Positions 1 through 11,143 of a stretch of 64,000 bases of DNA are shown piece after piece. The notes under the pieces are model-generated. The model saw only the letters and a program-made list of their open reading frames with translations, was not told where the DNA came from and made no database searches. Source of the DNA: Bugula neritina (taxonomy: Eukaryota > Animalia > Bryozoa); the NCBI GenBank assembly GCA_964035545.1, contig OZ037770.1, positions 4,806,662 to 4,870,661 of the forward strand, written 5' to 3'. The position numbers and the translations under genes are program-made. Positions within the stretch are counted from its first letter, which is position 1, and each line of letters starts with the position of its first letter.

Positions 1-1163
1 CGGAGCTGAAACAGGTTCCGGAAGTGGTGGCGTTAGACTTGGCGCTGGAGGTGGTGGGCGCACTTTTGGTAACGCAAGTGGCCTTTCCTGCCTCACCAAG
101 TCTTCTGCCCGCGGCATGATCACTTCATACTCTGGTTCAGGTCGCCGCCGCCCGCGCGTTGCTGTCTGCCTCCTGGGCTCTAACAACGGGGGAGCTTTTC
201 CTGCCGCACCTGGGCTAGTCCAATACGACTTCAAGCGAGCCTCATTTTAGATAGACACCTGTCCTGAGCGCTCAAACTTGTAGGTGTGATTGGGCATCAC
301 TTCAACTACCGCGTAGGGTCTCACGAACTTAGGCTGTAGCTTAGCCGCCTGTTCTCGATGCCTACGGCAGTTGACCATTCAGACCCAGTCTCCAACTTGG
401 TAGAGGGGTGGTTCTTCGGAGTCTTCTTTTTGCACTTGCCACTGCTTTTTCCGCAGTATTTCGTGTGCAACCTTCATTTGCTCTACCGATTTGCTGGCAT
501 ACCCAAATCCCAAACCCCAAATCCTGGGGGGGTAACCCAGTCTTCCACAGCTCGTACTCTTTCAGGATCAGTCGCCACGCCATGACGGCCGACGTGGTGC
601 CCCAGGTACTTCACCTCCAGCTGCAAGAGAGCGCTCTTGGAAGGTTTGAGCTTCAGGCCGGCACCTCTGAGTCATTCGAACATCTCCTGCATATGACTGA
701 CGTGTGTCTGGAAATCCGGGAAAATCACAATGACAACATCGAGGTAGACTAGCAGTGTCTCCCAGTGGAGCCCACTGAGGACCTGTTCCATGAGCCTCTG
801 AAACGTGGCGGGGGCGGAGGTCAACCCAAAGGGTAGTACTTTCCACTTCCACAGTCCGTTCCATGTGATGAACGCCGTCTTCTCCTGGGCGTCGGGAGTC
901 AGAGGGACCTGCCAATAACCGCTCAGCAAGTTTAGTGTGCTAAAGTACTTGCTGCCGGCCAGGGCGTCCAGAGATTCATCAATCCGAGGTAGAGGGTAGG
1001 CGTCCTGTATGCTTACGCTATTTAGTTTGCGGTAATCCACACAGAACCACCAACTGCCGTTTTTCTTCCGGACCAGGACGACCGGCGAGCTCCACGCACT
1101 ATGTGCTGGCTCTATGAGGCCGCGGTCCAAAAGATCCCGGACTTGTCGGCTGACCTCCTTTTC
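1..1163 (-). mobile_element. Ty3/Gypsy LTR retrotransposon remnant (RT fragment joined to integrase C-terminal region), inside an intron of LRR-ROCO-caspase copy A
   Basis: ORF 672-1130 carries RT motifs (WSSPVVLVRKK, CVDYRKLN, DAYPLPRID, LPFGLTSAPATFQ) with decayed YLDV. Bases 1-500 match 57657-58163 and ~520-1130 match ~59890-60480 of the element in copy B, so there is an internal deletion. Confidence 0.93.
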
Positions 1164-1589
1164 TTCATTAGTAAAAAATCACTTAGTAGATTATATAGTA
1201 TGTTTGATTTAGGTAATTCAAGTTCTACTTTTATTTATTTTGAAATAAAAGATCTGCCTTTATATTGTAAACCAAAGAAGACAAAAAAAATTATTCAATA
1301 TTGCAACTTTGTTTTTTTTTCATGCTCTTTTTTGGTTATCTATCTCCAATTCTCAGTGTAATAGAAACCAATTTTTATCCTATTCCTGTTCTTAAACAGC
1401 CTGTTAATATATTGTTTCATAATTACTTTACAATTCTAAATTTTGAATTAACTTGCCTTTAAAAATGTAACGTGTTCCTGCAAGATGATGACTTTCCAGA
1501 ATTTTATTCTCTCGTAGTGAAATAATTCACAACTTCTATTTCCTGTCTAGAAACTATAATACATTTATTAGAGCAATTAGTGAGAGGTT

Positions 1590-1970
1590 GTGGCAGAAGT
1601 ATTTTATTCTACTTGAAATTACTTTAATTAATGGCTTGTGTAGATGTTTCAGAGCTCTACTGTGTTCCTATTTGATGATAAATTGCATGTATTATGACAC
1701 ATATAAAACAATATTCCTTATAATTATAACATCCATATAGTAGAATATCAGTGTGAGTAGTTACTCAGTGATCAGAAATGTCAGAAGTATTTTATTTTCA
1801 CTTGACATAACTTTAATGCCTTATGCGGAATATGCCACAAAGCTGTAGCCTACCATGTTCATGTTTGCTGATAACTGTGTTATGGCACATACTAGGAATT
1901 TTCTACTCTGTAGTATAAAATATTACTCTCTCTAGTAGAACAGCAGTGTGAACAGTTACTCAGTTATCTG
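1590..1970. repeat. Degenerate ~190 bp tandem duplication in intron (also present at ~63075-63450)
   Basis: cagaagtattttatt...ctttaat...cagtgtga..agttactcagt occurs twice in each paralogous intron. Confidence 0.6.
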
Positions 1971-2356
1971 CCATATAGAAAAAGATGATAGTATTACATG
2001 TAGGTTGTTGTTTTTTATGACAGTACTTAGTACAGATGTAGCACTTTTCTTACCAAATATATACTTACAATTATACTGTTATATTATAATATATCTTTAT
2101 AAAATAATTAAAATGTTATGCATCGTATATATATAATATGGTACTTGTACATAATTGTAACTTAGAAATACTTGTTTTCTTTCCTTAATTAATGTACTAA
2201 TTCAAAGTATTGTATATAAACTTGTTATAGTAACTGCCACTTGGTACTATATTATGTGTAATAATTGTTATACTAATATTGGGTATCTTTATGAAAACTA
2301 TTATATCATTTACCTGTATAGCTAGGTCTAATAATAGAAATATTATATATTATTAG

Positions 2357-4359
2357 AATACAGAGATTAAAGAAGTTACAGAAACTCACAATTTCAGAGA
2401 ATAATTTCACCAGTCTACCTTCTTCAGTATGTGCATTGATTAATCTGCACACACTGGATATATCCAGCAACAGATCCATGACATCTTTGAACCCTGAGAT
2501 ACTACAGCTAACACATCTTGGATCCTTCGATACAGATGGATGTGATGCTCTTACATCTCCTCCACAAGAAGTCTGTGAGAGAGGACTGGAGTCTGTGCGA
2601 CAATACTACACAGACTTGGCTAAAGGTGCAGGTAGAAATCTTCCATTTGCTACAATAGTGGTGTTGGGGAACACCATGGCAGGTAAAACCAGCCTAATCA
2701 GAACATTACAGAGCACTGACAGGAAGAGAGTTCTGACTGACAGAAGTCCTAATGCAGAGCATGATGAGACCACAAAGGTGTTTAATGTGGAAGAGGTGGA
2801 AGTGAATGGTACAACTCTTCGTCTCATAGATATGGGAGGCCAAGAGGTCTACCATATCACATACCATTTGACACTAAGACAGAATTGTGTACCAGTAGTT
2901 GTAGTCAACATGGAGCAGTATGATCAGATTTCGAAAATGTCTACAGACAGAGAGGCTGTGAGAAAGTTGGCCTTTGACTTCATGTCTCACCTCTATCTCG
3001 CTCATCCATTTCTTGGCCCACCTAAGCTTGTCTTCACACACAAAGATAAGTTTCCGAGTGAAGTTTTTCAACAGCTTCGAAGAAATCTTCTTGAAGTGTC
3101 TGAGCAGTTTTGCAAAAATATTCTTGAAGAAGAGAAAGGTTTAGAAGGTGACTTTGCTCGAATTCAACATTTCACTCAATCAAACGGAAAAGTGTTCTCC
3201 GACGACAACATATATGAAGTTGGAAAATTTGACGAGTACAAGATATTTGAATCGATTAAAAAATCTCTTCTTCAAAGTTGCCGACACTTTATCAAACCCC
3301 TTCCAAAAGTCTGGGAGGATGTCAACACAAAAGTGTTGTCCTTGCAGTCCGCACACAATACCTTTGATGAAATCCTGGCAGAGATGAAGAAAGAACGGAA
3401 TGATATTGATAGAAACCAATTGGATACCATCATCATGTACATGCATGATTGTGGAAAAGTTCTCTGGTATAAGAATGTTGATGCACTCAGGCCATACATA
3501 TTTCACAAGATTACAGAAGTTACCAAACTGCTGTGTGTCTTGTATCACCATGATCCAAACATCTGGCAGAGCAGAGTAGATCAGTTCAAACCATATTTTT
3601 CAAGAGGAGTGAGAATTGAGAAGCAGGACTTTGAAGAGTCTGTGAACTACTTCCAAGCAACTGGCCTAATGATGCAATCCCTTCTTGAATATCTGATAGC
3701 TCAGGAAACTTTATTTAGAAATCCGGGTGATGTTGAAATTGGGCTTTGTTTGCTCAGCACGTTCCGTTTGTTGTATGGCCCTAGGAATGATGAATCCTAT
3801 GATTCCTACTTCATAATCCCTCAGTTTGCCAAAGAATCTTACAGCCTCTCCTACACTCAACAAAAGGAGTTACTGCTTCATACTGAGACTCAGTTTAATG
3901 GTCTGGCATTACCGCAGCATGTCTACCATCAAATGACTGTTGGTTTGTTAGAGATGTTTTCTAAAGAGTTTGCTACAATGCAAGTGAAGAGGAATGGTGC
4001 TAACGTCTACCAAGATGAAATATACACACAACTGGTACACGATTACGCATTGAGAAGAGTTTTACTCTACGTTTCATCTGATGCGTCCAACATTTCCAGA
4101 ATGTGGGAGAATCTCATTTCGGTCAACAACAACATCCTCAGACATGTTATGGAGACTTGGACTGCTAGTCGACCAGTCACTGCCTGCATTTGTGCTCACT
4201 GCTTGCTACTTGGGGTTTCCTGTCCTAAAAAACTCTTTCACCCCAAATGGTGTCTTCGATCCTTAAAAAACCTGCTGCCACCTAATGTCAAGAAGTGTGG
4301 TGGAGCTTCAAAGATGTTATGTAATGGAGAGGAGGTCCCTAGCGCTTTAATCCACCCAT
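2357..4359 (+). CDS. Large exon: terminal LRRs + ROC GTPase + COR domain (ROCO family, MFHAS1-like)
   Basis: 656-aa ORF 2436-4406. P-loop GxxxxGKT, G3 DxGGQ and G4 THxD as in ROCO proteins; LTSPPQEVCERGLESVRQY is the typical LRR-to-ROC linker. The acceptor at 2355-2356 is phase 2, matching the LRR cassette exons. Confidence 0.92.
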
Positions 4360-7300
4360 GTATGTTCACTCATAAAATTGAATTTCAACAGAAATATTTT
4401 CAATAATTGTTTCAACAGATAAATATTTACTACTTTGTGTTGCAAAAAACTTTTAGTAAAAATTTTGAGCAATTAGTTGAATATTTTGTCTTAATTATAA
4501 AATCGCAACTTAAAAGCATGAGCTCCTATTCACATGTCATTATCTCGTAAATTAAATTCTTTAAGGTTTAGTAATACAAATCTTGTTTGTTCTATTCAGG
4601 TGAGAAATTGTCAGAAACAGAATCAAATAAGTTGAAGAAGCTAGTTGCTGAGCTCAAACTGCGAGGAGATCAGAACAATTCAACTGGTAAATTTTTTTAG
4701 ACTGAACTTGATGTGGGTCATTTTACTTAATTTAGTACAGGAGTATGACCTGTGTCATGAACACACCTAAATAATCAAACCTACTCCTAATTTTGCTTGA
4801 TTTCCCATGTTTTTTCCTAATTATTCAGCTACTTTTGACTGCAGACTGTCATGAAAAAACCATATTTCTCTGAAATCAAAAGTAGCTGAATAATTAGGAA
4901 AAAATATGGGAAATTAAGCAAAATTTAGAAGAACCTTGATTTTTTAGGTGTGTTCATTTAAGCTTTACTACTTTTGGGCAAAACTCATGTTCATTAGCAG
5001 CTAAAATGTAAAAAAATAGCTAAAAACAGGTGTGTTCATCACTTTTGGGCAAAAACTTATGTTAATTAGCAGTTAAATTGTAAAAAATAGCTAAAAACTG
5101 GAGATTTCCAGTGTGCACTAAATTAAGTAAAATGACCTATGTGTACAGCCACCACTTGATAAAACTCCTTGTTTTGCAAAGCTGGCCATACATGTAGATA
5201 TCTAAGAGCTTTTTTATGCATGCGTTCATTGTAATCCATTGCTTTTTGCTGCTAGTGGTTGAGAAAAATTTTAATTGTATGGCTTTTAAATGATGAAAAA
5301 AATCAACTGTTCACATGACTGTCTAGAAATATTAGCTGATGATCTGAGTGATCTCTCTGAAGATGATGACAATCTGTACCTTGATGGAGAGAATGGGGAA
5401 GGCCTGAAGCTGATACAACTTGAATTGAAGCCAACCACCAACCCAAAGATAAAGCAGTTGTTCTCAGATACTGACAAGGTGAATGTTTAATCAGTTGATG
5501 AATATACGTCTATAGACTCTTTTTACTAGATAATCATGACTATAGTCGTTCAATTACTTTTAGAAAAAGTTCAATCTGAACGCAATTTTTCCATTTACTT
5601 CAGTTAACTTTTAATTTTTAGCCATGTCTGTTTTTGGGCTGTGTCTGTTTGGTTAAGGTTTAATCTGTTGTCACACGGTTAGGAAATATTTGTAGTGTCG
5701 AGATTTCTGGCCCCTTTGATGTATTGATTTGTGCACCTGCATGCATGGTTGAATATTTTCTGCAACATATTCTGATTTTTTTGTGAAGAGTAGCAGTAGT
5801 ATAAACATTATTCCAAAAGATATTGAAGGTCAGATGTAAATAAAGACTAAAAGAGAGGTAGAGAGGTCCGTGGTGTCCTTAAGAAATAAACTGGATGTAG
5901 TGTTAAGATCGCCTATAAGTCTCTGTGGAATAATCTCAGTGGGACAAAATTGTTTTTCGCCTGGAACCTTAAACTTTTCTGTACCTTCGCCATAATTTGC
6001 TATTGCATTCTATGGTATCTTTAAAGTTAGTAAATACTTTGTTGAAGAGGTTTGGCTTTTGAAGTTTAGTTCACATATAATGGTTTAAATGTCAAAATTG
6101 ATGATATCTTGTCAGTATGGCCATGCATTGTCATTATTTACTTCCATAGCTTTACCAATTTATATACTTGATTTAGAAAAATGTAGGATTAATTACAAGC
6201 TATTATCAACAAATCAGAATTAATATACTTGTAGCCTGCTATTGTTTTTTAAACCATACCTCAATGATATTTTTTTATGCTTAACCGACTACCAAATGCA
6301 ATGAACTATTTCGTTAGTAAAATTATCATTCGGTCTGATACATTAAAATTAATTTTATTCTAGTTTATGCTACCCAATTGGCTAATAAAATAAAATCTAA
6401 AATACAAAAAGCAATTGAGATATAAAATGTTTTTTTTCAAAAGTATGTAATTTGACTGGTTTTTTACAAGACTTAAAAATTTAAGACTTGTTTGGAGTTT
6501 GTGAATTACTACTGTATGCAATGCTTTAAGCATATTTGTATCCAGGTGCTCAGTATGACCAGAGAGAGAGGAAGAGCTCTGATAATAAACAACAAAAATT
6601 TTGTTGAAAGACCAGACTTATGCAGGGAAGGTTCAGATGCTGATGTTGAGAACGTGTCTGTCATGTTGAAATCTCTCAAGTTTGATGTTGAGACAAACAC
6701 AGACCTGAAGGCAGAGGTATGTTGTTATGGTTGTTGCTGTTTTCTTTATTTCCATCAAAAAAAAAAAAAAAAAACAAAAGGACAAAAAAATACAAATATA
6801 CAACAGTAACACAAAAAGAGCTAAATTCAATTCAAAAACAATGCGAGCACTATTTAACCATCAACTTGAAAGTTGACACAATGATGGACTGTAACTGTTC
6901 AGTTTATCAATGCCTAAAAATTAGGACTATATAGAAAACCCTAAGCATGTTTGCTGGTCACAATTTTCTTGTTTGCAGGTTGGATAATTATTATTTTATT
7001 CAGTTTTTATAACTTTGTATCAATTGTTGAACATAGTTATTTTCATATTGGTAGGAAATGATGTCTGCTGTAAAGTCTGAGATAAGAATAGAGAAAAACA
7101 ATGGCTTGGGCTGTCAAATACTGGTTATTATGACTCATGGTGGAGAAGATAACTGCATCTATGGAACTGACCTTGAGCAGGTCAACCTTACAGACTTCTA
7201 TGATTTACTCGCTCCTTTGAGTCTGAAGCCTAAACCTACAGTTGTCATCCTACAAGCTTGCAGTGAAGGTAATTACATTTTTGTATAGGAAACTTTCATT

Positions 7301-8591
7301 TTTAGTCAAGTAGTGAAAATAATACAGAGACCCTTGAAAAGTTTTTTCTGTACTGATCAAATTTATTTTTTACTCATCACGGTGCAAGTTTGAATGCGTT
7401 TGTTTTTCTTGCAGCAAACATTGATGTTAATCGAGGCAGATCAGATCTTGCAGCAGCTCAAGAAGAAGAAACTGAAGCTGTCTCTTCTACACATTCTGAA
7501 GCTGATTATGATGATATTGTATATCCTGAAACACCCAGTGTGATAAGACCCATCAGACCTGTCTCACCACCAGAATATAGAGTAGAAGAACATATGACAA
7601 GACTGGATATTGATAATCTTCTTGTTCTGAAGAGTAACGTCTGCTGTAAGTATAATAAGAGACAGTGATAGGCTGATATTTCTAAACTGTTGTACTTTGT
7701 CACCTATCTAAAAATTGTTCTTTGCCGTTTTCTTGCGTTACTTCCACATTTTTAATCTTGTTGATTTGATAAGCTTCTAAACTGAGGTGACTAAAATGTT
7801 TTCTAGAACTTTGAGATTTAAATTGTGTTACACTTTAGCTTAAAACATCTTATACTTTGTCTGACTAGACCATGATTTTGGCTGCATTTAATATTATTAT
7901 AGCATCAAAGAGACATCCTGAGTATGGATCTCCCATGATTAGAGTCCTAGTATCTTCAATCTACAAACATGCCTGTCACCGTGATCTCCACACCATCTTT
8001 CAGCAGGTAAGTTGAAAGCTCAAAAGTGTTTTTGCTATTTTAACTTTTATTCAAGAAATAATTTCTCATCATGGCATCTCTTCCATCTCCATGTTCAAAC
8101 CATCATGTCATTTGAAAGAAACAATTTAAGCTGTTCTGAGTACAAGAGAAAGTCATTCAATGTTTTACTTGTTTAAATTGTAGAGTTTAGTTTCTGTTGT
8201 TTCAATTTCTTTAGAGTAATGGCTCAGTACTATATTGATAGTTTCTCTCCTTTTATAATATGTTCTTGTAGTCTGCTATAACAACTAGTTTAATTTATTA
8301 AATGACATGACTGTAGTGGACAACTCCTAAAGTTTTACTACTCAGGATTGTTAAAGTATATTCTAACAGCTGGGAGTTGTACCTTATTTCTTCTAGTAGT
8401 GAATTGATAAACAATCTTACTAGTTCTTACTTACTCTACAGGTACAGACTAAATTAGTGAAGAAACTCTATGCAGATGAAGATTCAGAAAGAAGCAGAAA
8501 TTTGGTTGTAATCTGGAAGACTCTTCCTACCCGTAAAAGACTTTACCTGTTTCCTGGCTTTGATGGGTTGAGTGAAGAGGCCAAATCCTAA
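2357..8591 (+). CDS. LRR-ROC-COR-caspase fusion protein, copy A (3' part; 5' exons lie upstream of the window). Exons 2357-4359, 4600-4686, 5327-5478, 6546-6716, 7055-7268, 7415-7645, 7903-8006, 8442-8591
   Basis: All junctions are GT-AG with compatible phases (1,1,0,0,1,1,0), giving one open frame to TAA at 8589-8591. LRRs (LQKLTISENNFTSLP, LHTLDISSN), ROC motifs GNTMAGKTS, DMGGQEVY and THKD, COR-like MHDCGKVLWY, then caspase motifs RGRALIINNKNF, REGSDAD, IMTHG, LQACSE, SKRHPEYGSPMI and KRLYLFPG. Confidence 0.9.
4715..5138. mobile_element. MITE / foldback non-autonomous DNA transposon in intron
   Basis: Terminal inverted repeats ggtcattttacttaatttagt ... actaaattaagtaaaatgacc, with ATGT on both flanks (4711-4714, 5139-5142), plus an internal ~80 bp inverted repeat (4758-4838 vs 4877-4957). 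Confidence 0.75.
6546..8591 (+). CDS. Caspase (peptidase C14A) p20-linker-p10 exons of copy A
   Basis: His of THG at 7136-7138 and Cys of QAC at 7259-7261; acidic linker exon 7415-7645; p10 exons 7903-8006 and 8442-8591 translated by hand. Confidence 0.92.
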
Positions 8592-8817
8592 TTCAATACA
8601 TGACTCTATTTGTAATTTGCACAACACTCAGTTTAAGTTTGACTAAAATTCCGTGACCATTAAACCTAAGCAGATAGTAAGTTTGTGTGAATGGGTAATG
8701 ATTACTTGACAGTCAAATTATCTATCAAAGATTTTTAACTTTTGTATCTTATTCTGAGTATAAAGCTATATACTGATAACATTTACTTTGGCAAATTAGC
8801 TTGTGATGTCATTTTTT

Positions 8818-9162
8818 AATAAATAATCATATTATATGATATAAGCTGTACTGCCATATTACAGGAATGATAAAAACAGCTCATTTGTGATTTTGTATGT
8901 TCTGCCTATATAGATTACTATGTTATAGCATAATTAGTATAATATGGTTGCAGTTGATTTTATGTCTTGTAAAACACTAACCAATCCTGCTTATATGGTT
9001 TTTACTTGGCCAAATTTGTTCTCATTTATATTTTCATGTGACACTAAGCACTGACTATGTTGTTTCATCCACATGTTCTGACGCCTATGCTAACATTATT
9101 ATCATAATTGCAGTAGCTTGCTAGTATATATCGAAGTTTGCTTTTTGTATTTTATCAATAAA
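8818..9162 (+). terminator. Candidate polyadenylation signals of copy A (AATAAA at 8818-8823 and 9157-9162)
   Basis: Canonical hexamers downstream of the stop codon; the AT-rich background lowers specificity. Confidence 0.4.
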
Positions 9163-9374
9163 TTTATTCAAATATTTTATGTGAAAATTGTTTGCTGATA
9201 TGATTTCAAGGTCTGAATATTTCACTTCAATAATCTGTGACTAAAGAAACGCGTCCATTATCTACAAATAATAGTCATGAAATCAGTCATTTTCTTATCT
9301 GCATCTGCAAACCAATCAATTCTCAAATGGAATGATGACATTATTCTTTATTGAATGCTATTCAGACATTATGT

Positions 9375-9861
9375 GCAGATGGGGCTCATTAGTCTGTGAA
9401 GACAGCTCATTTCGGAGAAGAAACATTCTGATCTCAAACCTCTGCTGCCTTGCAGCAATACCTAATCAAGGGAAAGGCCTGGGGAGTAAACCCCAGGAAT
9501 AAATCAGGTGCTGGAGCCCAAAGGCATTTCCTGGTTATTTATAACCTCGACCTGGCAGCTTCTATGGCGATCCTGGTGCCGAGCCGTAATAGCCCTGCTG
9601 TTCCTTTGGATAGGTCAGTAATGTAGAGAGGTGGAACATGCTACATAAACAACAGCCTGTACTTCATATTATCAATGCCCAGGTGCACACCCACACACCA
9701 TCTTACTGAAAAGAACACTCTATCTTTGCCTTTTGTGTAGACGCAACACAAGAGATACCAGTTATAAGTTGGCTCTCCATTGGTATAGAGCAAAGCACGA
9801 GGGGGGGGGAATCAACAGTAGGAGAGGCTTTTATTTCTCACTGGAAAGTACCGCTGACTAT
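9375..9861 (+). mobile_element. 5' region of a decayed RTE-like LINE, split by the Gypsy insertion
   Basis: GC-richer block that continues after the CTAT target duplication into endonuclease-coding sequence at 15233-15760. Confidence 0.5.
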
Positions 9862-10210
9862 TGTAGTAATTCGTGCAATTACTGTGCGTGAGCTTTTGCT
9901 TGCGTATTTAGTAGGCTATTCTACTAGCAATTACTAGGGTAGCTGTCGAGTAATTACCTTTATTATCCACAATGCAATACAAAACAAACATTACATCAAA
10001 TTACAATACAAACTCAGTCACCACTAATACGTGTTTACACTGCAAGCCCTCGCTTACAACAACGTGATCATTGCTAATTGCCCGGGAACTGTCACATGAA
10101 TCGGAAGTACATCTTCCGATTCTTTTAATTAGATAATACATTGGGGCCTTAGTATTCCTCAAACGGAGAGAGGACGATTCCTATAATACTAGATTGCGTG
10201 ACCCACTAGA
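9862..10210 (-). repeat. 3' LTR of Gypsy element
   Basis: Direct repeat of 14880-15228. Confidence 0.93.
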
Positions 10211-10532
10211 ATGCCCCCCCCCCCAGCAGAAAGCCCTACTTTCTGATAACACACAAAAAAAAACACATACACAAAAAAACAATACAATAATCTAAAAAAA
10301 ATACATAATTAATAATTAAACCTACAAAAAGAAAAAAGAGAAATATTGGTGTACACACAAGCATATATATGAAAAAGTAGACGGAGTGGTTGAACACACA
10401 GTTGGTCAGCTACAGAGAGGAAGGGTGCTATACAGCATGTGGGCCAATGGTCGGGGGAGCTCGTCATCTACACAATGATAATGCAGTCCACCGAAAAGGT
10501 GCCTTTCACAGGCATGCTTATTGGGTGAGCTC

Positions 10533-11143
10533 TCACTCTTGTAGTGAACGCGATCTGTGCCGAGATTGTCGGGCACGTAGCCTCCGCTTCAGTCGCCCCA
10601 CTGAGTACTTCAGCTGGTATAGACCTGTTGTTGTATCCAGCAGGTCGTGAGTAAGTTGTGTAAACTTGGCTTGCAGTTTTAAAAGCGGCTCTTCTACAGT
10701 AGCCAATCGGCTGGGTCCTGGTGGGGTTGTAGTAGTCCCTGGGGTGGAGGTATCGTCATTTCTTCTGATTCGGGAGTGTTACTAGGGTTGGCGGGGTGGT
10801 TGACGGGGCCTTAACCATAGGAGACTTATGGCGGGCAGGCAGTAGTAATACTTAGAACCCTGACGTTAGCGCTGCCAACCTTAATGATGTCTAGATACTG
10901 GGGGAAACTGTCCTCATCTACGATATGGCCCTCTCCGGCAAAGCAGCTCATCTTATGGACTATCACGGGGTACGGGTATACATCATGAAACCTGCATGGG
11001 CAAAAGCGTAATAGAAAGTGTGCGTCTACATGCAGACGCAGGGAGCGGTGTGACGGGCACTCCTCGAAACAGACCTGACAGGTTCGGCGGGGTCCGCTTG
11101 GTCCCCAGGCTTCCTCTATCCTCCTTTCCATCGTTGGTGACAC
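10533..11143 (-). pseudogene. Decayed extra ORF (C2H2-like zinc finger + coiled coil) between pol and 3' LTR
   Basis: TCQVCFEECPSHRSLRLHVDAHFLLRFCPC, followed after disruptions by LATVEEPLLKLQAKFTQLTHDLLDTTTGLYQLKYSVGRLKRR; similar to 56041-56811. Confidence 0.7.
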
